Assembly (NCBI GenBank): GCA_963700285.1
Contig: CAVOXA010000015.1
Span: 105,342 to 169,341 of the forward strand
From: an uncultured Chloroflexia bacterium
GTDB lineage: Bacteria; Chloroflexota; Anaerolineae; JAAYZQ01
Reading direction: 5' to 3'
Length of the DNA: 64,000 nt
In this document: positions 60,714 to 64,000 of the stretch, in pieces
Position numbering within the stretch: position 1 is the stretch's first letter
Layout: each line of letters opens with the position of its first letter
Translations under genes and position numbers: made by a program
The notes under the pieces: model-generated
What the model was told of the DNA's origin: nothing
The model's database searches: none
The model's input: the letters and a program-made list of their open reading frames with translations, nothing else

Positions 60714-62486
60714 ATGGCGCAGAACCAGATTGTGGGAGTACCCATGGCACTTACGAAATCGGAAATCCGGTCGGGGGCCTACTATGACTCTGTGGTGCTC
60801 ATGCAATTGCAGCGCTCTCTGGCTGCCCTCCCTGGCGTCCTTGATGCCGGCGTGGTGATGGGTACCGAGGCCAACCAAGAGATCCTGGCCCAAACTGGCC
60901 TGTTGACAGCGGAAGGTCTGGCCGGGGCGGCCGATGATTTGGTGATTGTGGTCAAGGCTGAGACTGAAGCTGAGGCTGAGGCGGCTCTGGGACAGGTGGA
61001 CGAACTCCTGGCGGTGCGGAGGGGCGGTGTCGAGCAGGACTACTGTCCCAGGAGCCTGGAAGCGGCAGCCGAAATGAGGCCCGACGCTCAATGGGTGCTG
61101 ATATCCGTCCCGGGTCGCTATGCTGCCGGGGTGGCCCGCCAGGCCCTGCGCCTGGGCAAGAACGTGTTCCTCTATAGCGACAACGTTTCTCTGGCCGATG
61201 AAGTCGCCCTCAAACAGACTGCCGCCGAATGCGGTCGCCTGGTGATGGGGCCGGACTGCGGTACGGCCATTGTCAACGGCGTGGGACTTGGTTTTGCCAA
61301 TCGGGTGCGCCGGGGCTCAATCGGCTTGGTCGCTGCCTCGGGAACCGGTCTGCAGCAGGTCAGCGCCCGCATCCACCAGTTGGGAGGTGGCATCAGCCAT
61401 GCCCTGGGTACTGGTGGGCGGGACCTCTCCGAATCTGTCGGGGCGGTGACAGCTTGTCAGGGCCTGGATCTCCTCATTCGTGATCCTGAGACCCGCGTGA
61501 TTGTACTTGTCTCCAAACCTCCAGCACCCCAGGTGGCCAGTGAACTGTTGGATGTTGCCCGTTCCTCGGACAAGCCAGTCGTGGTGGACTTTGTTGGCTA
61601 CTCCCCCTCTGTGCGTGAGTCGGACAACTTGCGCTTTGCTACCACCTTTGATGAGGCGGCTGAACTCGCCGTGCGCCTGGCGACGGAGGACGATGTGGGT
61701 GCTGGCCCGAAGCCGCACGGGACCGCAGTACCCACAGTGGCTGGACTGGATCGTTTCGCACCAGGACAGCGCTATCTACGAGGGCTGTTTTCCGGTGGCA
61801 GCTTGGCCTACGAGGCCCTGCTTCTGCTGCAGGACTATGCTCCGGGGATCTTTTCTAACGTTCCTTTGGAAAAGGATTTTGGCTTGTCCAACCCCATGGT
61901 CAGCCAGGCACATACCATGGTCGACCTGGGTGAAGATGAATTCACTGTCGGCCGTCTACACCCAATGATGGACCATGATCTCCGCATCCGACGGCTCCAG
62001 CAGGAAGCGCAGGATCCAGAGGTTGCTGTAATCCTACTCGACGTCGTACTGGGCTATGGGGCTCACCCGGATCCGGCTGGTGAGATTGCACCGGCTATTG
62101 CCCAAGCGCGCTCTGATGCGGCCGAAGTTGGCCGGTACCTCGAGGTGGTCGCCGTCGTTGTCGGTACCGACGAGGATCCGCAGGATATGGATACCCAGAT
62201 CCAGCAACTAGAAGCGGCAGGTGCCTGGGTGGAGACCAGTAACGATACTGCCGTCCGCTACGTTGGTCGCCTGATCCAGGCTCTTGCTCCGAAATCTAGA
62301 ATCCTGAATCCTAAATCGGTAGACTTGGCTGTGCTTCACCAACCTCTGGGCGCCATCAATGTTGGAGTGGAGTCGTTTGCCGAAAGCCTGCAGGCCCAAG
62401 GTGCGCCCGTCATCCAGGTGGACTGGCGGCCGCCGGCCGGCGGAAACGAGAAATTGATGGCGATTCTCGAACGGATGCGGGGCTAG
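60714..62486 (+). CDS. fdrA: FdrA-family protein (succinyl-CoA synthetase alpha-like, acyl-CoA synthetase FdrA)
   Basis: GAYYDSVVLMQL near the N-terminus is typical of FdrA, and CoA-ligase-like domains follow. An alternative start at ATG 60744 (after GGGAG) is equally plausible. Confidence 0.85.
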   Translation: MAQNQIVGVPMALTKSEIRSGAYYDSVVLMQLQRSLAALPGVLDAGVVMGTEANQEILAQTGLLTAEGLAGAADDLVIVVKAETEAEAEAALGQVDELLAVRRGGVEQDYCPRSLEAAAEMRPDAQWVLISVPGRYAAGVARQALRLGKNVFLYSDNVSLADEVALKQTAAECGRLVMGPDCGTAIVNGVGLGFANRVRRGSIGLVAASGTGLQQVSARIHQLGGGISHALGTGGRDLSESVGAVTACQGLDLLIRDPETRVIVLVSKPPAPQVASELLDVARSSDKPVVVDFVGYSPSVRESDNLRFATTFDEAAELAVRLATEDDVGAGPKPHGTAVPTVAGLDRFAPGQRYLRGLFSGGSLAYEALLLLQDYAPGIFSNVPLEKDFGLSNPMVSQAHTMVDLGEDEFTVGRLHPMMDHDLRIRRLQQEAQDPEVAVILLDVVLGYGAHPDPAGEIAPAIAQARSDAAEVGRYLEVVAVVVGTDEDPQDMDTQIQQLEAAGAWVETSNDTAVRYVGRLIQALAPKSRILNPKSVDLAVLHQPLGAINVGVESFAESLQAQGAPVIQVDWRPPAGGNEKLMAILERMRG

Positions 62487-62894
62487 CAGTGAGGCGAGTG
62501 GGCTTTACTCAGCCGATGCGAAGAGTTGGTCCGGCAGCAGAGGCAGCAGGTACGGCTCTTGCAGTTTGTGGTATCATCACGCTGGCAACGCCTGTCTGGG
62601 CCGGCCCCAGCCATATGTCGTCGGCCGGCAGCAACTGGGTCAATGTCCTGCTGGTTCCACTGACCGCGAGTGGCATGGATGGTGTTGGCAGGGTCTGTGC
62701 CGCTGCTCGTCGCATTGGATCAGCCTCGAGAGGGGGCGAAAGAGCAGATCAAATCACGCTCACCGAGAGCGTCTTCCCATAGCCATTACTAGTTGTACGG
62801 AGTCTGATACAAGATCTTGTGGAGTGGACGTATGCGCCAGCTCCAATATTCATTCCCGACTATCGATCTAGTCCCGTAGGAAAGGTATGCAAGC

Positions 62895-64000
62895 ATGGAT
62901 ATCGAGAAGGCCAATGCACAAGCAACCGAACGAATGATGGAATCCCGCCCGGTTCTGGTGGGGATGGGCAGGGCCATTGACGTGGTGCCCGGCATGCGCG
63001 AGAATCTGCTACTGCACGCAGGTCCGCCCCTGACCCTTCGGTCGGAACCTCAGGGCAAAGCCTGGGATCGCGCTTCTGGGCCGATGCGAGGCGCCATCAC
63101 GGGAGCCCTGATCTTTGAGGGCAAAGCCAAAGGCGAAGACGATGCTCAAACCCTGATCGAATCGGGCGAGATTGAGCTGGAACCCTGCCATCACCATCAG
63201 GCTGTGGGGCCCATGGCTGGTGTGACCTGCCCTTCCATGTCGGTGTATATCCTGGAGAACAAGACCTACGGGAACAAGTCCTACTCTAACCTTAACGAGG
63301 GCTATGGCAGGGTACTGCGCTACGGCGCCTATAGCGAGGAAGTGCTGGACCGCCTGCACTGGATGGAGGAGGTGATGGCCCCGGTTCTGACCGGCGCTAT
63401 CGAGGCCAGTGGCGGGATCGACATCCGTGCCCTGCTGGCCGAAGCCCTGCACATGGGCGATGAGGGGCACAATCGCAACAAGGCCGGTTCGATTTTGTTC
63501 ACGACCAAGCTTGCGCCTTTCATTGCCAGGGCTGCACCCAACGCTGATGTGGCAGCCGACGTTCTGCGCGCTTTGGGCGACAATGCGCTGAGCGTCCTGA
63601 ATCCGGTGATGGCCGCCTGTAAGGGGATGGCCGATGCCGCGCATGGCGTTGAGGGTAGTACCATCGTAAGCACCATGGCTCGCAACGGCACCGATTTTGG
63701 CATTCGCGTCAGCGGCCTGGGAGATCGCTGGTTCACGGCCCCGGTCGCGGTACCAGAGGGCCTCTACTTTCCAGGTTTCACGGCTGAGGATGCCAGCGGT
63801 GACATCGGCGACAGTGTGATCACCGAGACTGCCGGCATTGGCGGATTTGCCATGGCTTCCGCGCCGGCCATCGTCACCTTTGTCAGTGGCACGCCGCGGG
63901 ATGCCCTGAATGCCACCCTGGAAATGTACGAAATCTGCAGCGCCGAGCACAAGTACTTTAGCATGCCCCCCCTCGACTTTCGCGGAACGCCGACCGGCAT
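62895..64000 (+). CDS. DUF1116 (YlbE-like) protein, 3' end cut by window edge
   Basis: Not in the ORF track because there is no stop in the window. Frame 3 is open from ATG 62895 to 64000. MDIEKANAQATERMMESRPVLVGMGRAIDVVPGM..LLLHAGPP...EPCHHHQAVGPMAGV.. matches the DUF1116 partner of FdrA. Confidence 0.8.
   Translation, partial: MDIEKANAQATERMMESRPVLVGMGRAIDVVPGMRENLLLHAGPPLTLRSEPQGKAWDRASGPMRGAITGALIFEGKAKGEDDAQTLIESGEIELEPCHHHQAVGPMAGVTCPSMSVYILENKTYGNKSYSNLNEGYGRVLRYGAYSEEVLDRLHWMEEVMAPVLTGAIEASGGIDIRALLAEALHMGDEGHNRNKAGSILFTTKLAPFIARAAPNADVAADVLRALGDNALSVLNPVMAACKGMADAAHGVEGSTIVSTMARNGTDFGIRVSGLGDRWFTAPVAVPEGLYFPGFTAEDASGDIGDSVITETAGIGGFAMASAPAIVTFVSGTPRDALNATLEMYEICSAEHKYFSMPPLDFRGTPTG

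Noticed and set aside
62489-62782. 97-aa ORF in the fdrA-DUF1116 spacer
   Set aside because: It has no recognisable motif, a biased Ala/Gly composition and no ribosome-binding site.

Overview
GC-rich (~58-60%) bacterial chromosomal segment. The gene content suggests a Chloroflexota-like organism: Thr T-box, glmS ribozyme, PfPDO-type disulfide oxidoreductase, and multiple Ser/Thr kinases with FHA and zinc-ribbon modules. This taxon call is inference only. Housekeeping genes: pnp, rpsO, lepB, thrC-like, glmS, murJ, thrS, infC-rpmI-rplT, a TrmH-family methyltransferase and an EF-G paralog. Metabolic genes: rocD plus a split saccharopine pathway (LKR and SDH), araB-araD, PPK2, and fdrA-DUF1116. 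Accessory material: two IS elements with CTAG-flanked inverted repeats, a decayed MazF-type TA pair, an FGE-domain remnant, an alpha/beta-hydrolase remnant and an OsmC-like remnant. Cis-regulatory RNAs are visible directly in the sequence: a glmS ribozyme, a Thr-specific T-box with terminator, several near-consensus TTGACA-17-TATAAT promoters, and an ATT start on infC. The strongest candidate for a poorly characterised system is a five-gene same-strand cassette at 52504-60294. It encodes STK-ZnR-FHA, ZnR-PP2C, a vWA protein, 4xZnR-FHA and a membrane ZnR-STK. The second candidate is a tight three-gene operon of unrecognisable proteins at 9583-12308. Many conserved genes carry clumped single-nucleotide frame disruptions (SDH, LKR, ECF sigma, both transposases, DUF59-Mrp, DUF711, EF-G). 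I cannot tell consensus errors from real decay using sequence alone. No tRNA, rRNA or CRISPR array was seen.
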